Below the pieces are notes generated by a model, which saw only the letters and a program-made list of their open reading frames with translations, was not told where the DNA came from and did no database searches. Shown here one piece after another: positions 11,701 to 19,410 of a stretch of 64,000 bases of DNA; position 1 is the first letter of the stretch, and each line of letters begins with the position of its first letter. The translations under genes and the position numbers were made by a program. The DNA is taken from IMG/VR virus record IMGVR_UViG_3300035424_000304. One strand, given 5' to 3'. The stretch is from an uncultured virus (IMG/VR IMGVR_UViG_3300035424_000304) (lineage: Duplodnaviria; Heunggongvirae; Uroviricota; Caudoviricetes).

Positions 11701-13028
11701 TTGACAAGACTGCGAAGAACATTGAGATCAAAGCTGACAAGATTGCTTCGTTCGAGTTCTTTGTCAATCAGATGTCCAGTCTGAGAGTCAAGGTCATCGA
11801 CGGCGAGACTCAGAAGGGCCTGTATAATGTCCGTATCCAACTGAGAAGCTCCGAGACGGTCATTAAGGAGTTCTACACCGACAGCGAGGGCTACATCAAC
11901 CTGGATTCTTCCCTGCTCAGCGGAGGCTACACCATGGAGATGCTTTCCGCACCCGGCGGCTACGTCGTCGATTCCATCCCCCGGAACGTCAGCACCATGT
12001 TTGGCGCTACTACCGAGGTCACCTGGGCGCTCTATAAGAGCGGCGGTCAGATTCAGGTTGTGGTCAAGTCCGCTGACGAGAACGCAACGCTTGACAAGCC
12101 CGCTGGCTCTGTCCTGCAGGGCGCTGTGTTTGAGATTACCAATCCCGACACCTATCAGGTCGTTGGGCAGATGATTTCTGACGCAAACGGCGTTGCTGCC
12201 TCCAATGCCCTGCCTCTGGGCCGGTACATTGTGAAGATGAAGACCGCTCCTGCCTACTATGCTGTGAATGAGTCCTTTGCGGCGGAAGTCCGCCTGAAGG
12301 TCAAGGATGATGTGGTGCGAGTGGAGACTACTGTCTCCAGTGTGAGCCTCGACAGCAATATCAAGCTGAAGAGTAACGCCAACATCAAGGCCGGCAACAG
12401 TATGCGCGTTGACATTGTTGACGCAAAGAACGCCTCCGATGCGCGGCTGGATAACTTCTATCTGCATATCAAGGTGCCTACTGACGCCGCCCGGATCACC
12501 ACGTTGAGCACCGGTACTTGGAACAAGTCCGTGTTCTACAGCATTTCCTACAAGACCAACATGCACGATTACCGCTCTCTGGCGAAGAACCTGCAGAGTA
12601 CGAACGTGTATCAGTATGGACTCAGCACACAGTCTCTGGGCCTGCAGTCTGGTGAGTACGTCACCGATGTCCGTATGGAATTCGGCACCGTACCCGCAGG
12701 ATTCGCAATCGTTCAGAAACCCGCATATACCCAGTATGTCCTGGCAACCGTCTACAACGGCTACAAGCTGATCTCCCGTGCGGAGCTTGGCGGACAGTAC
12801 AACACGGTGAATGTGAGTACGAACCACATCGACCCGAACAACCCCTACTCCTCCACTGGCGCTATTGTCATCGTTGGCGGTGACAACGCAGGCTCCTACG
12901 GTGGATCCGGGAACAGCGCGGCTGTCTCTGGCAACAGCGGGCAGTGGTCTACAAGCACCGGCTTGTGGACGACTACCGTGTCCAGCAATGTGCCGATGCC
13001 GAAGACCCTGCCGAAGACCGGCTACTAA
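2739..13028 (+). CDS. giant surface adhesin: signal peptide, thioester domain (TED), many SpaA/Cna-B-like repeats, terminal LPKTG
   Basis: TTG start after GAAAGGAGG; signal peptide ending ARA-EA; TED motifs AFCLNH, WVQAMIW, VQSLM; repeated K.D..T..PL.GA.F / LEPG.Y.V.E.KAP.GY units; ends LPKTGY-stop. Confidence 0.9.
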   Translation: MNKASKNVFTRFLSAMLAVIMVFGLFPANQFVARAEAATGGEPSDTITPSGSIEMEGQYDSGYGLGRPYVHRFAMETGPAGVIDAFCLNHSDHLGHACEGKKWSNKRPYDPGKATPFVVWYYWHVYEQKDWDNSTINVVNAWVQAMIWLAKAGKLNGSDEEIAEIGGTERHNVCKGIWGQASADANPPEHGKTLLLDIISHYNSGVYGTGWKFYQYDFADTNPYNDGKGVQSLMIGVPDDEPGGNEFYLTLDKHDPDGNPMAGKTFKIYTDAACTTPLPGKNDLVTVAEDGYAYGRYVIPNGAEEMDVWVREEGSGATAEAATPHQLHVTKDNTVTNPKLVPGSPFQNETTTTTPPPGTTPPPSGDDDIIKKLDARTKLAVGGATFLIRGEVFEEEIPDASGNPSADPVVGHQEFYKTTNALGVIHLQWADPGGEDYIPPGSYTVTEISPPPGYEKGSNPSEAHLTLHYDIKNKIQTKSGLLVFENNPYHTVQIEKWSEGTPLPGATFEIWCDGVLVATKTTGSDGKIYWTGEDGQGAKSGLYMIREIKAPDGYLLPTRTTQWIEVDATDTSIFKHVVSFDNYKYPDIRIKKVSNGTNDALAGALFEVMIDGEVLGTYTTNPGGEIVIDYGTYGRFLEENNLFEGKTSWTVTVTELVAPDGYFIDDPNVQTAELKQGETLKTFTFTDTKYPEFKLWKYEEGTENPLQGAVFEIAIDGTTFGTFTTNRDGYIHITYDDYRQFIKNDNSESWTFSAREITPPDGYLIDNKDWQIIEINKGQSMGEMVFTDTKYPEILIIKIDRETGERLPNTTFRIVIDGTSFAAEKATDENGEIRITYDEYGHFLDESDKDKLDWTVTVTELYPTAGYNRDKQLTSGDYTQTQQLKFGQDKTEFTFEDTSFRNIKVIKKDAETNWLLSGATFVLHCIKADDPKEGANVADRVLTTNEEGYVLFEKIPNGTYELYESSSPFGYADPDDGYWGDNEEANHRTIIITSDNDPVIEFERYNQPQSGLLIRKIDSVTKQPIPNVRFLITPHSPLTKEPWEATTNDNGVIVEENLPLGTYTIKEISTVDGYVLNEQSQTISIDNQHDAYTVTFENNQKNMLNILKLDANTRRPLQGAMFEIRTPGGAVIKQVTTGMYGYASIPNLEPGSYVVQEIMSPLGYEIDPMPQTFEVSEDESGKVITLVFCNSPYANLYIRKYDEVTNKGIEGAEFKIWRGDGTVIREQAITDATGLIWVGELTTDTIYVQEIKAPEGYILDDTIRTIHVTTGQNYTLEIPNKKPGGVTVTKVDAKTGAALAGAEFALTTITGDLISKQTTGKDGIARWANIEPGWYVLTETKAPNGYIISSPASRNIEVKEFVSTQVTWENGQNATLTITKRDKETEEPLYGATFEVRTMGGDVAETLTTDVTGNATTDRLSPGWYRVVEVKAPDGYILNTEEQTVEIKENTPATLNFYNTSAKGITIHKVDAVTKLPLAGAVFEIRDAGNKLIEDYTTDASGTINTKALEPGYYTVVETKAPDGYVLDSTPHQIEVEEGKQSVITIDNYPETVIQVYKVDAVTKDPLAFAEYEISTYAGKVVGYLTTDETGWGSSMVLEPGEYIVKETKAPTGYSIDPTEHRTTVEKGKNTILRLEDYPDTVLHISKVDKVSRNPLEGAEFELRYDTGHGDCTYIGTYITDKFGMIHTEPLTPGFYMIKETVAPEGYDIRTEEYRYCVKAGEYNHLVVEDIQLGSLIVRKIDSKTGKPIPGAVFKLENADTSDLVGTLETDAQGEAVWTGLKEGFYIVTETQAPEGYTKNECPKTVKVEYGKNTYVDFRDDENGSLVIILQDKHSGDYLMGGQFQVIRMSDQILVYDGSTDVTGTIVVGNLLPGWYEVNQVFPPDKYSMVDVTTKVEILIGQQQTVYFKDETAQLVIEKSDALHPELMLEGARFQVKRNSDGIVIGEYRTGKDGLAMVGGLSDGLYTVTELVAPVGYSIDEGPKTVHVRGGTAAHVNFQDTALSSISINVVDTNGEPIPGVKVEVWQQNGNLVNSYVSDSTGLIMTDKIAAGMYVLKVTVVPDGYVISGNNTLLDASMQATVELKNGFETTFEFAVKGTGSAKIMSVDAAGKAIAGMKVTVTTLEGAKIGEYITGSDGSVVVTGLDAGWYVVTETKAPDGYAGVTTPKNIQVTDKGSVEVVFEHNAFSTITLNTIDLSSRRPIPGVKAEVRTQAGVLVGNYTSDSNGFIRTEKLDAGMYTIKITSIPDGYSINPSSTTIGESLQTTVEVKANQEFSMDVEFVQQGSMHISSVDLTGKVIAGMQVTVTTQNGAKIGDYTTNSNGLAVVNNLAAGWYVVTVSKVPSGYAIDADSQTVEMKAGATLNVEFRFKAITNINITAVDVTTKKPIPGVKVEVWEQNGGIVGSYVSDSTGVIRTEELPTGFYVVKVVGVPAGYKISSSSTIIDTSMQTTVELNTKVDINIDFEVATKGSAKILSVDGDGKAVAGVKFSITNALGALVGEYEVNTDGSVIVNDLAPGRYTITEVKTPDGVAVDAETQTFLITAGSTTEVTIRHSAKSKITINAADVDTGKFISGVKVEVWHLNGAIVGTYETDSTGSIITGNLADGQYVVKIVSIPDGYALSAQTSLETTVTVKAGVSVNCSLRFSVLGSMKIVAVGEDGSALAGVTMSVKTKDGQAVGEYTTSKDGSVIVTGLSAGVYIVTETAVPDGFASEAVSKEVEVKVGVQTEVTFSHASKSSIIISMVDASSRKPIQGVKVEIRQLNEALVGTYTSDVDGVINTGKLTAGSYTIKVISVPEGYELSTAGSVLDSEGKTTIELKNSLTLTFELEVKVNGSLKIMSVDKDGKAVSGMTVTVTTLEGTVVGTYTTGADGSVLATDLASGWYVVKETKAPAGYTAATTAEQRIQVSSGKQASVAFTHGQVFGLQVTTTNKQTNGKLAGAKYEVRTIEGTLIGTYTSGENGLFYVDLEPGWYIVTPVSAPNGFQFVDKTAKNIEIKADKIASFEFFVNQMSSLRVKVIDGETQKGLYNVRIQLRSSETVIKEFYTDSEGYINLDSSLLSGGYTMEMLSAPGGYVVDSIPRNVSTMFGATTEVTWALYKSGGQIQVVVKSADENATLDKPAGSVLQGAVFEITNPDTYQVVGQMISDANGVAASNALPLGRYIVKMKTAPAYYAVNESFAAEVRLKVKDDVVRVETTVSSVSLDSNIKLKSNANIKAGNSMRVDIVDAKNASDARLDNFYLHIKVPTDAARITTLSTGTWNKSVFYSISYKTNMHDYRSLAKNLQSTNVYQYGLSTQSLGLQSGEYVTDVRMEFGTVPAGFAIVQKPAYTQYVLATVYNGYKLISRAELGGQYNTVNVSTNHIDPNNPYSSTGAIVIVGGDNAGSYGGSGNSAAVSGNSGQWSTSTGLWTTTVSSNVPMPKTLPKTGY

Positions 13029-13179
13029 GAGACCTTATCCCAGCAGTCGGTCTCTGGTCTTGCCGGAAAGTTTCCCCAGCCTTCTCCCCATCCCCTTCGG
13101 GGGAGGGGAGGAGCGGGGACGCTTCCAGCAGGGTACGTCCCGGCTGTCCTATACCTGTTAGAAAGGAGCAACTGAAACA

Positions 13180-13779
13180 GTGGTTATCAACAACGTTCGC
13201 ATTTTTCTTCATCACGGAGAGAGCAACCTGAAGGCGACAGTAACCGTACTCGTCAACAACCAGATCCTGCTCCAGAGCATCCGGATTTTTCAGGATGCGG
13301 AGGCAGAGGGCGAGAAATCCAAGCCTTGGGTCTCTTATCCGGTTCAAAAGATGAATAACGGCAACTTCCAGCACTGCATGTATCCATCAAATGCGGAAGC
13401 CCGAAAGAAGTTCAACGCAGCAATTCTGGAGGCATATCATAAGGTTTCGGCTGGGGAAGTGGACGGGAATACAATCGTCTTTTCCGACAGCACGGACCGC
13501 CTCCCTTATGCGGTTACCCGCGCATCCGTCTTCCCCTCTGGGCGAAACGCTCATGTGAGGGCAAAGGTGGGTGTGGAGCTGGATGGGGAAATCTGGCTTC
13601 GTGGGATGCGCATGCTGGTCCGGGAAAACGGCTCCCTGTTTTTGAATATGCCCCAGCGTCAGATGGGAGAAGGGGAGCGGCATATGGCCTATTTCCACCC
13701 CGTCGACCAGGAAGCGAGAAATATCCTTACGGCAGCCGCAGTACCCTATTACGAGGCGGCTCTGTTGTCGAAACGTTAA
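13180..13779 (+). CDS. tandem SpoVG-domain nucleic-acid-binding protein
   Basis: Two SpoVG-like units (IRIFQ..WVSYP.QK..YP.NAEARKKF..AILEAY and LRGMRM..GSLFLNMPQR..FHPVDQEAR..L..A..YY). Confidence 0.75.
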   Translation: MVINNVRIFLHHGESNLKATVTVLVNNQILLQSIRIFQDAEAEGEKSKPWVSYPVQKMNNGNFQHCMYPSNAEARKKFNAAILEAYHKVSAGEVDGNTIVFSDSTDRLPYAVTRASVFPSGRNAHVRAKVGVELDGEIWLRGMRMLVRENGSLFLNMPQRQMGEGERHMAYFHPVDQEARNILTAAAVPYYEAALLSKR

Positions 13780-13784
13780 AAAGT

Positions 13785-13822
13785 AGGGCCTTTGCCATTC
13801 AATTTTGGCAGAGGCCCTTTTT
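13785..13822 (+). terminator. intrinsic terminator
   Basis: AGGGCCTTTGCCA-loop-TGGCAGAGGCCCT followed by T-run. Confidence 0.7.
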
Positions 13823-13939
13823 CAAATCCTTTTTCCCGGGAGAGAGATTGGTCAAAAGCTGCACGCATGTAATTTGTCCTTGCTGGCAAGAAAGTGACGC
13901 AAGGCACAGATAAAGTCCACTGCGAGAGGAGGAGTCCGA

Positions 13940-14137
13940 ATGGTATTGTTGGCAGTCCCGAGAAGTGAAGCGATTGTCCTTAACGACACAGACGCATCTA
14001 TTTTGCACATGGAGAATACTGCCACCCTGACTGCGCTTTGCAGAGTTCGCAAGGTGGAAGCCTCTACGGCAAGCGCAGAGCGGCTGCGGGAACTGGACAG
14101 ACGTATCCAAGTCCTTAAGAGCAAGACGGCAGATTGA
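13940..14137 (+). CDS. small hypothetical protein
   Basis: 65 aa with strong RBS GAGGAGGAG; hairpin downstream. Confidence 0.45.
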   Translation: MVLLAVPRSEAIVLNDTDASILHMENTATLTALCRVRKVEASTASAERLRELDRRIQVLKSKTAD

Positions 14138-14265
14138 AAAAAGAAACCGGGGCAGAATCTGCTTCGGTTTTCTTTGCATGAAGAATGATCTCAAATATTC
14201 GATATTTTTCAGGATAACAGCATAATATCCAACACCAAAATATGATCGAAAAAGGAGCTGATTCC

Positions 14266-15978
14266 ATGAAAAAATTTCCTCTTCTATTCCCCCTTCTTTT
14301 TCTCTCCATCATCCTCTCCTCCTGTTCACGGCAGGAGATTTCTTCCGACTTGGCTGCAAAGGCTGATTTGCTCTGGGCGCAAGTGGAAGCAAGCTGGGAG
14401 GAGCCGGAGGAAAAGCCTGCGGGAGAGGCTGGGCATGTTGTCTTTTTCTCCATGTCCGACGGGACATCTAAGGCCATTGTTCGCTATGCCCGGGGAAATA
14501 CTCTGACGTCCGCCTGGGACAAGGCCCTGGCAAAAGGGGATTCCGCCATGCGGAAGTTTGGAAAAGAGCCTGTGTGGCTGAAAGTTGATATTGTCAGAGA
14601 ATGCATCCCATGCTCCGCCAATCTTTTAGCGAACAGGATTGAGCAGGGACTGGATTGGGGCTTTCGGCAGGGGATAGCGTTCGACTCAAAATTTAATGTT
14701 GCCTTTTTAGAGGAGGAGCTTAATGGGTCAAGTATCATCAACTATGACCAGGGAGCCTTCGATGCAAAATTTCTCCAGGAGCAGCTTGCAGCCAATGAAC
14801 TAGGGACGGTGAAGGAGTCCCCGGCGGAGTTCTTTTTGTTCCGATGTAATGCCTGGTTCTGCGATGAGAACAACGAGGTCTTTAGTCTGACTTACGATGG
14901 ATACAATCAGGGGCAGAGAGTAATTGAGGGCGTTGACAGAGAGTACGCCAGGGAACTGATTGGGGGCTCCGCAAAATATCTGACAGCAAACGTGAAGGAA
15001 GACGGAAGTTTTGTCTATGACTATTACCCTCAGTACGATCTCTCCACAGACAGTTATAATATCATCCGTCATGCGGGTACAGTCTGGTCGATGTCCCAGG
15101 CATACCAGTTGTTCCCAAGCGAGGAGCTGCACAGCAGCATAGTTCGAGCCGCCGACTATCTGGTGGACGCCCTTGACTATAATTCTGACGGCGCTGCCTT
15201 CCTGAGAGACAGGGAGGGCGAAGAGTATACGCTTGGGGGAAGTGGATTGGCGATTCTGGCCTTCAATGAAGTGCAGGAAGCATTGAATACGAAGAATTAC
15301 CAAACCGCAGCTCTTGCCCTGGGTGAAGGGATTCTGTTCATGCAGCAGGAATCTGGCTGCTTTAACCAGGTTCTTGATATGGATTTTAAGGTCAAGGAGC
15401 AGTTTCGGACGATTTACTATGACGGAGAGGGAACCTTTGCCCTGTGCAAGTTATACAGCATGACAGGCGATGAGAAATGGCTGATTGCAGCGTCCAAAGC
15501 CATGGATTACTTTATTGCCAACGACTATGTACTGTTCGGAGATCACTGGCAGGCATATTCCGTGAACGAATTGACGAAATACATCCCAGATAACCAGAAC
15601 TACTGGGACTATGCCATGGCGATAGTGACGGAGAACAAGAACAGCTTGATTGAGCGGCGGTACTCATCGCCTACTGATTTAGAGCTGCTGATGAATGCGT
15701 TTGAGACGTATACCAGGAGACCTGATCGGACGTCAGTTTCTTCGGCGGATTTGGAAACACTGTTTACAGGTATCCGACAGACAGCGAAGAGGCAGACAAA
15801 TGAGTTCTTCTATCCGGAATTTGCCATGTATGTCCTGGAACCACGGAGGGTTTTGAATACCTTTTTCGCAAGGAACGATTTCCGCATCCGCATCGATGAC
15901 GTCCAGCATAATATTGGTGGATTGTATCTGTTCCAGAAGGATTATGATGATCTGGTAAGGTGTGGATATGAACGATAA
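14266..15978 (+). CDS. lipoprotein with probable (alpha/alpha)6 glycosidase-like domain
   Basis: Lipobox LSSC; motifs YNIIRHAGT, LGGSGLAILA, YYDGEGTFAL, DHWQAY, RIDDVQH; function uncertain. Confidence 0.55.
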   Translation: MKKFPLLFPLLFLSIILSSCSRQEISSDLAAKADLLWAQVEASWEEPEEKPAGEAGHVVFFSMSDGTSKAIVRYARGNTLTSAWDKALAKGDSAMRKFGKEPVWLKVDIVRECIPCSANLLANRIEQGLDWGFRQGIAFDSKFNVAFLEEELNGSSIINYDQGAFDAKFLQEQLAANELGTVKESPAEFFLFRCNAWFCDENNEVFSLTYDGYNQGQRVIEGVDREYARELIGGSAKYLTANVKEDGSFVYDYYPQYDLSTDSYNIIRHAGTVWSMSQAYQLFPSEELHSSIVRAADYLVDALDYNSDGAAFLRDREGEEYTLGGSGLAILAFNEVQEALNTKNYQTAALALGEGILFMQQESGCFNQVLDMDFKVKEQFRTIYYDGEGTFALCKLYSMTGDEKWLIAASKAMDYFIANDYVLFGDHWQAYSVNELTKYIPDNQNYWDYAMAIVTENKNSLIERRYSSPTDLELLMNAFETYTRRPDRTSVSSADLETLFTGIRQTAKRQTNEFFYPEFAMYVLEPRRVLNTFFARNDFRIRIDDVQHNIGGLYLFQKDYDDLVRCGYER

Positions 15979-16047
15979 TAGCAGGGGCCTTTGCCGAAAT
16001 TCGGCAGAGACTCCTCTTGTCCCGGGAAATACTGGTTGTCCAAGCAA

Positions 16048-16093
16048 CTGACTGCTCCCACCCCTTACGGAGTGGGATGAAAGCGGCTATTCT
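16048..16093 (-). mobile_element. 46-bp miniature IS200/IS605 derivative (left-end tip, one hairpin, putative right-end tip)
   Basis: TTAC|AGAATAGCCGCTTTCATCCCACTCCGTAAGGGGTGGGAGCAGTCAG; shares the TTAC junction and hairpin with both tnpB left ends. Confidence 0.7.
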
Positions 16094-16292
16094 GTAATGA
16101 GGGGTGAGGGGCGGGAGTGATCAAAAACTCCTGGAAAAGCAGAACTTTTGTTCTTTCTGACGAAAATTTTATAGCCGCAAAAATTTGAGGATATAAGTTT
16201 GGCTGTAATCGTGGTGAAAAAAAGAGCATTTTATCAGTATGCCTAAAAAACTTAAACGAAAACACCTTCCAAATCATCCCAGACCCGCTCCC

Positions 16293-16321
16293 TTGACATC
16301 TGCCGTTCTTTTTGCTACAAT
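16293..16321 (+). promoter_or_regulatory. sigmaA-type promoter
   Basis: TTGACA-N17-TACAAT upstream of the ImmA/IrrE gene. Confidence 0.7.
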
Positions 16322-16371
16322 CGGGACCATCCAAAAAGAACGAGTGTTTCGGGAAGAAAGCAGGTGATGAG

Positions 16372-17076
16372 ATGGCGTATTTATCGAGAGGATCAATAGA
16401 GAAGATTGCCCGAAAAACTGTATCCGCATATCAGGGGCTTCCGGGCTGGGAGGGAAAGAAGCAATTTCGGGTGGACCCGGAGGTCTTTGCCAGGGACTTG
16501 CTCGGGCTTTCCATGGAGTACCACGTATTATCGCCCGATGGGTCCATCCTGGGGGCGACTTCGTGCGACAGAACTACGCTCCCTATTTTCGATACCCCAG
16601 AGGTACTCGATTTTTTTCATTTGGACGGGAGGACAATTCTGATTGAGAAAGATTTAATCGGCGAAGGGGCTAACCAGGGAAGGTATCATTTCACCCTTAT
16701 GCACGAGGCATGTCACCAACTGTTGGGGCTGATTTTCCCAGAGGAAATGCAAGAGTCAAGGTATCGGGTTCGGTACTATACGGAGGGAGCAGCAGAGGAG
16801 GACTATTGGGAAGAGTGGAGGGCGAACACCCTGGCGTCGGCGATACTGATGCCGTTGGAGATGATTCGTCATAACATGGAGGAGTTTGGACTCGGAGAGA
16901 AGATTCAAACGCTTAACCGAATATATTTTCCGAAGGTATATGACAACTTTTGCAGGATGGCGGAATACATGGGAGTCTCCCTCCAGGCTCTTTCTATCCG
17001 CCTATCCCATCTCGGACTGCTGAAGAACAATTATTTGGAAAATCCGTATCGTATGGTGGATATTTTCCCGGATTGA
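16372..17076 (+). CDS. ImmA/IrrE family metallo-endopeptidase
   Basis: RYHFTLMHEACH (HExxH), EWRANTLASAILMP, GVSLQALSIRL. Confidence 0.85.
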   Translation: MAYLSRGSIEKIARKTVSAYQGLPGWEGKKQFRVDPEVFARDLLGLSMEYHVLSPDGSILGATSCDRTTLPIFDTPEVLDFFHLDGRTILIEKDLIGEGANQGRYHFTLMHEACHQLLGLIFPEEMQESRYRVRYYTEGAAEEDYWEEWRANTLASAILMPLEMIRHNMEEFGLGEKIQTLNRIYFPKVYDNFCRMAEYMGVSLQALSIRLSHLGLLKNNYLENPYRMVDIFPD

Positions 17077-17101
17077 AGAGGAGGATTGAAAGGGGTAAAA
17101 T

Positions 17102-17404
17102 ATGGGAAGGTATAGTCTGAAAGAGGCAGATCCCGCCCTGTATGAACAGATATTGCAGGAACAGAGGGAACTGCGTGGAACGTATGCAAGCCGGGTGACG
17201 ATGGCTCGCCTGTGCCCCTATTGTAATCACAAACTGGAGGTGCTTTGCCGGGGAAGCCATGGCAGTTCATCCATTAAATGTCCAAACTGTAATGAGGAAG
17301 TATTCTTCCCTCCGGTTTCGTTCAGGCGAGCAAGAACGCCTGATGAATATTATCGGTCGAACAACCGAAAACTGAATATTAGGCAAGAACGCTCAGCTAG
17401 ATAA
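17102..17404 (+). CDS. zinc-ribbon protein
   Basis: CPYC...CPNC. Confidence 0.6.
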   Translation: MGRYSLKEADPALYEQILQEQRELRGTYASRVTMARLCPYCNHKLEVLCRGSHGSSSIKCPNCNEEVFFPPVSFRRARTPDEYYRSNNRKLNIRQERSAR

Positions 17405-17653
17405 GGTTTGCGCACCGGGAACGATGCTTCCCACAGCCGCCATCTTGTGAGCAGACAAAAGTTTGTGCCGCGGAGCCGCTCAATTCAGTGGTCTCCTGTG
17501 CCGCTTGGTCATTTGCTTCGCACTCCAATTTGGAGCGCGTAGAAGCCATGCGCCACGGGAAGCTAATGAATTGAGCGGCATTTTTTCGCCCATTCGTCCC
17601 CCTGGCAGGGAACGGATGGACTTATTTTTTTGAAGAAAGAAAGGAAATTTGAC

Positions 17654-18250
17654 ATGAAAAACGTGAATATGGTTATTACAAGGGATATGGATTTTGAAAA
17701 CGTACTCCAGTCTATCATGCCCATGATTCGGAGTATCGCAAGACAGGCGGACGGTGTGTGTGGACTGGAGATGGAGGATGTGGAACAGGAACTTTCCATC
17801 CAGGCGTACAGGTCTTGGGAGACGTGGGAGCCGGAGCGCGGGTCGAAATTCAGCACCTATGTTTATGAGACTTTGGTAAAGCAGAAAAATTGCCTGATTC
17901 GGACGGCAAAGGCGCAAAAACGTAATGGCGGGGTGACACCTGAGTCCTTGGATAAGATAATTGATTCCAAAGGCAGGGATGGAAAAGAATGCTGCCTGTA
18001 CGACTTCCTACCTGACCCAAGCCAGGACCCGGAGGAGCAGATACAGTCGAGGGAGATTTGGGAAGCTGTTGAGAGGGCGCTTGATGGGATGCAAGAGAAG
18101 GGAAGAAGGGTGGTTATTGCGTTGCTGGAAGGACAGACACAGTTGGAAGTCAGCCGTGCTGCTGGCATTTCTCAGCCTCTTATCAGTTATTACTTAAAGT
18201 CCTTTCGGACGAAGGTGCGAACAGAGCTGGGAAAAGGTTGGACAGAGTGA
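17654..18250 (+). CDS. alternative sigma-70 family sigma factor (regions 2 and 4)
   Basis: EDVEQE..I...W.PERGSKFSTY (region 2); SLD; GQTQLEVSRAAGISQPLIS (region 4 HTH). Confidence 0.8.
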   Translation: MKNVNMVITRDMDFENVLQSIMPMIRSIARQADGVCGLEMEDVEQELSIQAYRSWETWEPERGSKFSTYVYETLVKQKNCLIRTAKAQKRNGGVTPESLDKIIDSKGRDGKECCLYDFLPDPSQDPEEQIQSREIWEAVERALDGMQEKGRRVVIALLEGQTQLEVSRAAGISQPLISYYLKSFRTKVRTELGKGWTE

Positions 18251-18352
18251 TTAGGGCCTTTATATTTCGCGGAGAAATAGCATATAACCCTCCAACCAGT
18301 AGCTTAGAAAGGTTTACCATTATCTACGCAAGAAACTGAAAGGGGGATTTTG

Positions 18353-18550
18353 ATGAAGAACCATTTTTCCAAGGCGGAAGAGCAGGCGCTTGCCACCATG
18401 AAAGCGAACGACCAGGGAATCGTCAGGGCGCTGTTGAATGGGCAGACACAGCAAGAGGTCAGTTTCACCACCGGCATTCCTCAGTCTGTGGTCAGCTATA
18501 CACATAAGCGATTCCAAGCAAAAGTGCGGGTTGCGCTGGGGGAGGATTGA
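18353..18550 (+). CDS. stand-alone sigma region-4-like HTH protein, paralog of the upstream sigma C-terminus
   Basis: ALLNGQTQQEVSFTTGIPQSVVSY..KRFQAKVRVALG aligns with ALLEGQTQLEVSRAAGISQPLISY..KSFRTKVRTELG. Confidence 0.7.
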   Translation: MKNHFSKAEEQALATMKANDQGIVRALLNGQTQQEVSFTTGIPQSVVSYTHKRFQAKVRVALGED

Positions 18551-18732
18551 GTCTCCGTAATCAAGCAAGGCTCAAAAAGAGAGGAATCGCGGCCTTGCCT
18601 GACGATTGACAAAATGCGGTTGTTTTTGGCATAGTATCCAGTAGCAGACATGCACAGGCATAAGAAATTACGGCAAGACCGCACCTGCGGCCTTGCCGTT
18701 TTTGTATGGCTGGAATAGCCGATAAGATATAT

Positions 18733-19410
18733 TCAATATCCACAAAGGATGCTGGCTGTAGACTCCAGCGGATACCCCAAAAGCAGCCCTGTTGTAATCA
18801 GCTCTACTGGCGTACCGGCCTGATAGTAAAGGAACGGGGGCTTATCGCCACCAAAGGTCTTAATTTCAATATCACATAATTCTTTAACTTGAGCAACGAC
18901 ATATTGAGGGAAGTTTAGCCCAAGTTTGCTGTAAAACTCAAAAACTTTATTGAGGTCAAAATAATCTGTGATTTTCCCTTCTCGGCATATAAATGTGTAT
19001 AGATAGCCCTTCATGTCTTCTCTACTGCCGCTGCTTTCAATGCCAGCGATAATACCAGAAGAAAGCCCATCTACGATTTTCTGAAATTCTTGTACTGCTT
19101 CATCCATTGATGGAAGATCGGGGGAAAACGATGACTTCACGAACTCAACCCTGCCGGCATACAATTTCTTCCCTTTCTGGACAGCCGTATCAAGGTATTT
19201 TTCATTAAAGCTCCAACCACCACAGCAATCTAAATTTGCCCAAGAACAAAACGGCGAATCAAATCGGTCAGGGATCAAATCGAACCGATATGAATGGAGG
19301 GTGTATCTCTTGCCCTGAAATTCTGAGAATACCTTCACCTGACTGCGCTTTTTGTAATCTTCCCGAACTATCTTAACGCCTTTGGAATTTTGGTGTAGTA
19401 ATTCGCTCAT
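18733..19410 (-). CDS. hypothetical protein
   Basis: 225-aa ORF with GGGAG RBS. Confidence 0.6.
   Translation of the reverse strand: MSELLHQNSKGVKIVREDYKKRSQVKVFSEFQGKRYTLHSYRFDLIPDRFDSPFCSWANLDCCGGWSFNEKYLDTAVQKGKKLYAGRVEFVKSSFSPDLPSMDEAVQEFQKIVDGLSSGIIAGIESSGSREDMKGYLYTFICREGKITDYFDLNKVFEFYSKLGLNFPQYVVAQVKELCDIEIKTFGGDKPPFLYYQAGTPVELITTGLLLGYPLESTASILCGY

Noticed and set aside
3828..12827. 2999-aa antisense ORF
   Set aside because: Shadow of the adhesin gene caused by its codon bias; no motifs or RBS. The same applies to the antisense ORFs over nrdD (58147-59991) and rtcB (30769-31746).
13785..16015. Similar GGCCTTTGCC..GGCAGAG hairpins at 13785 and 15984
   Set aside because: Adequately explained as related intrinsic terminators at gene ends
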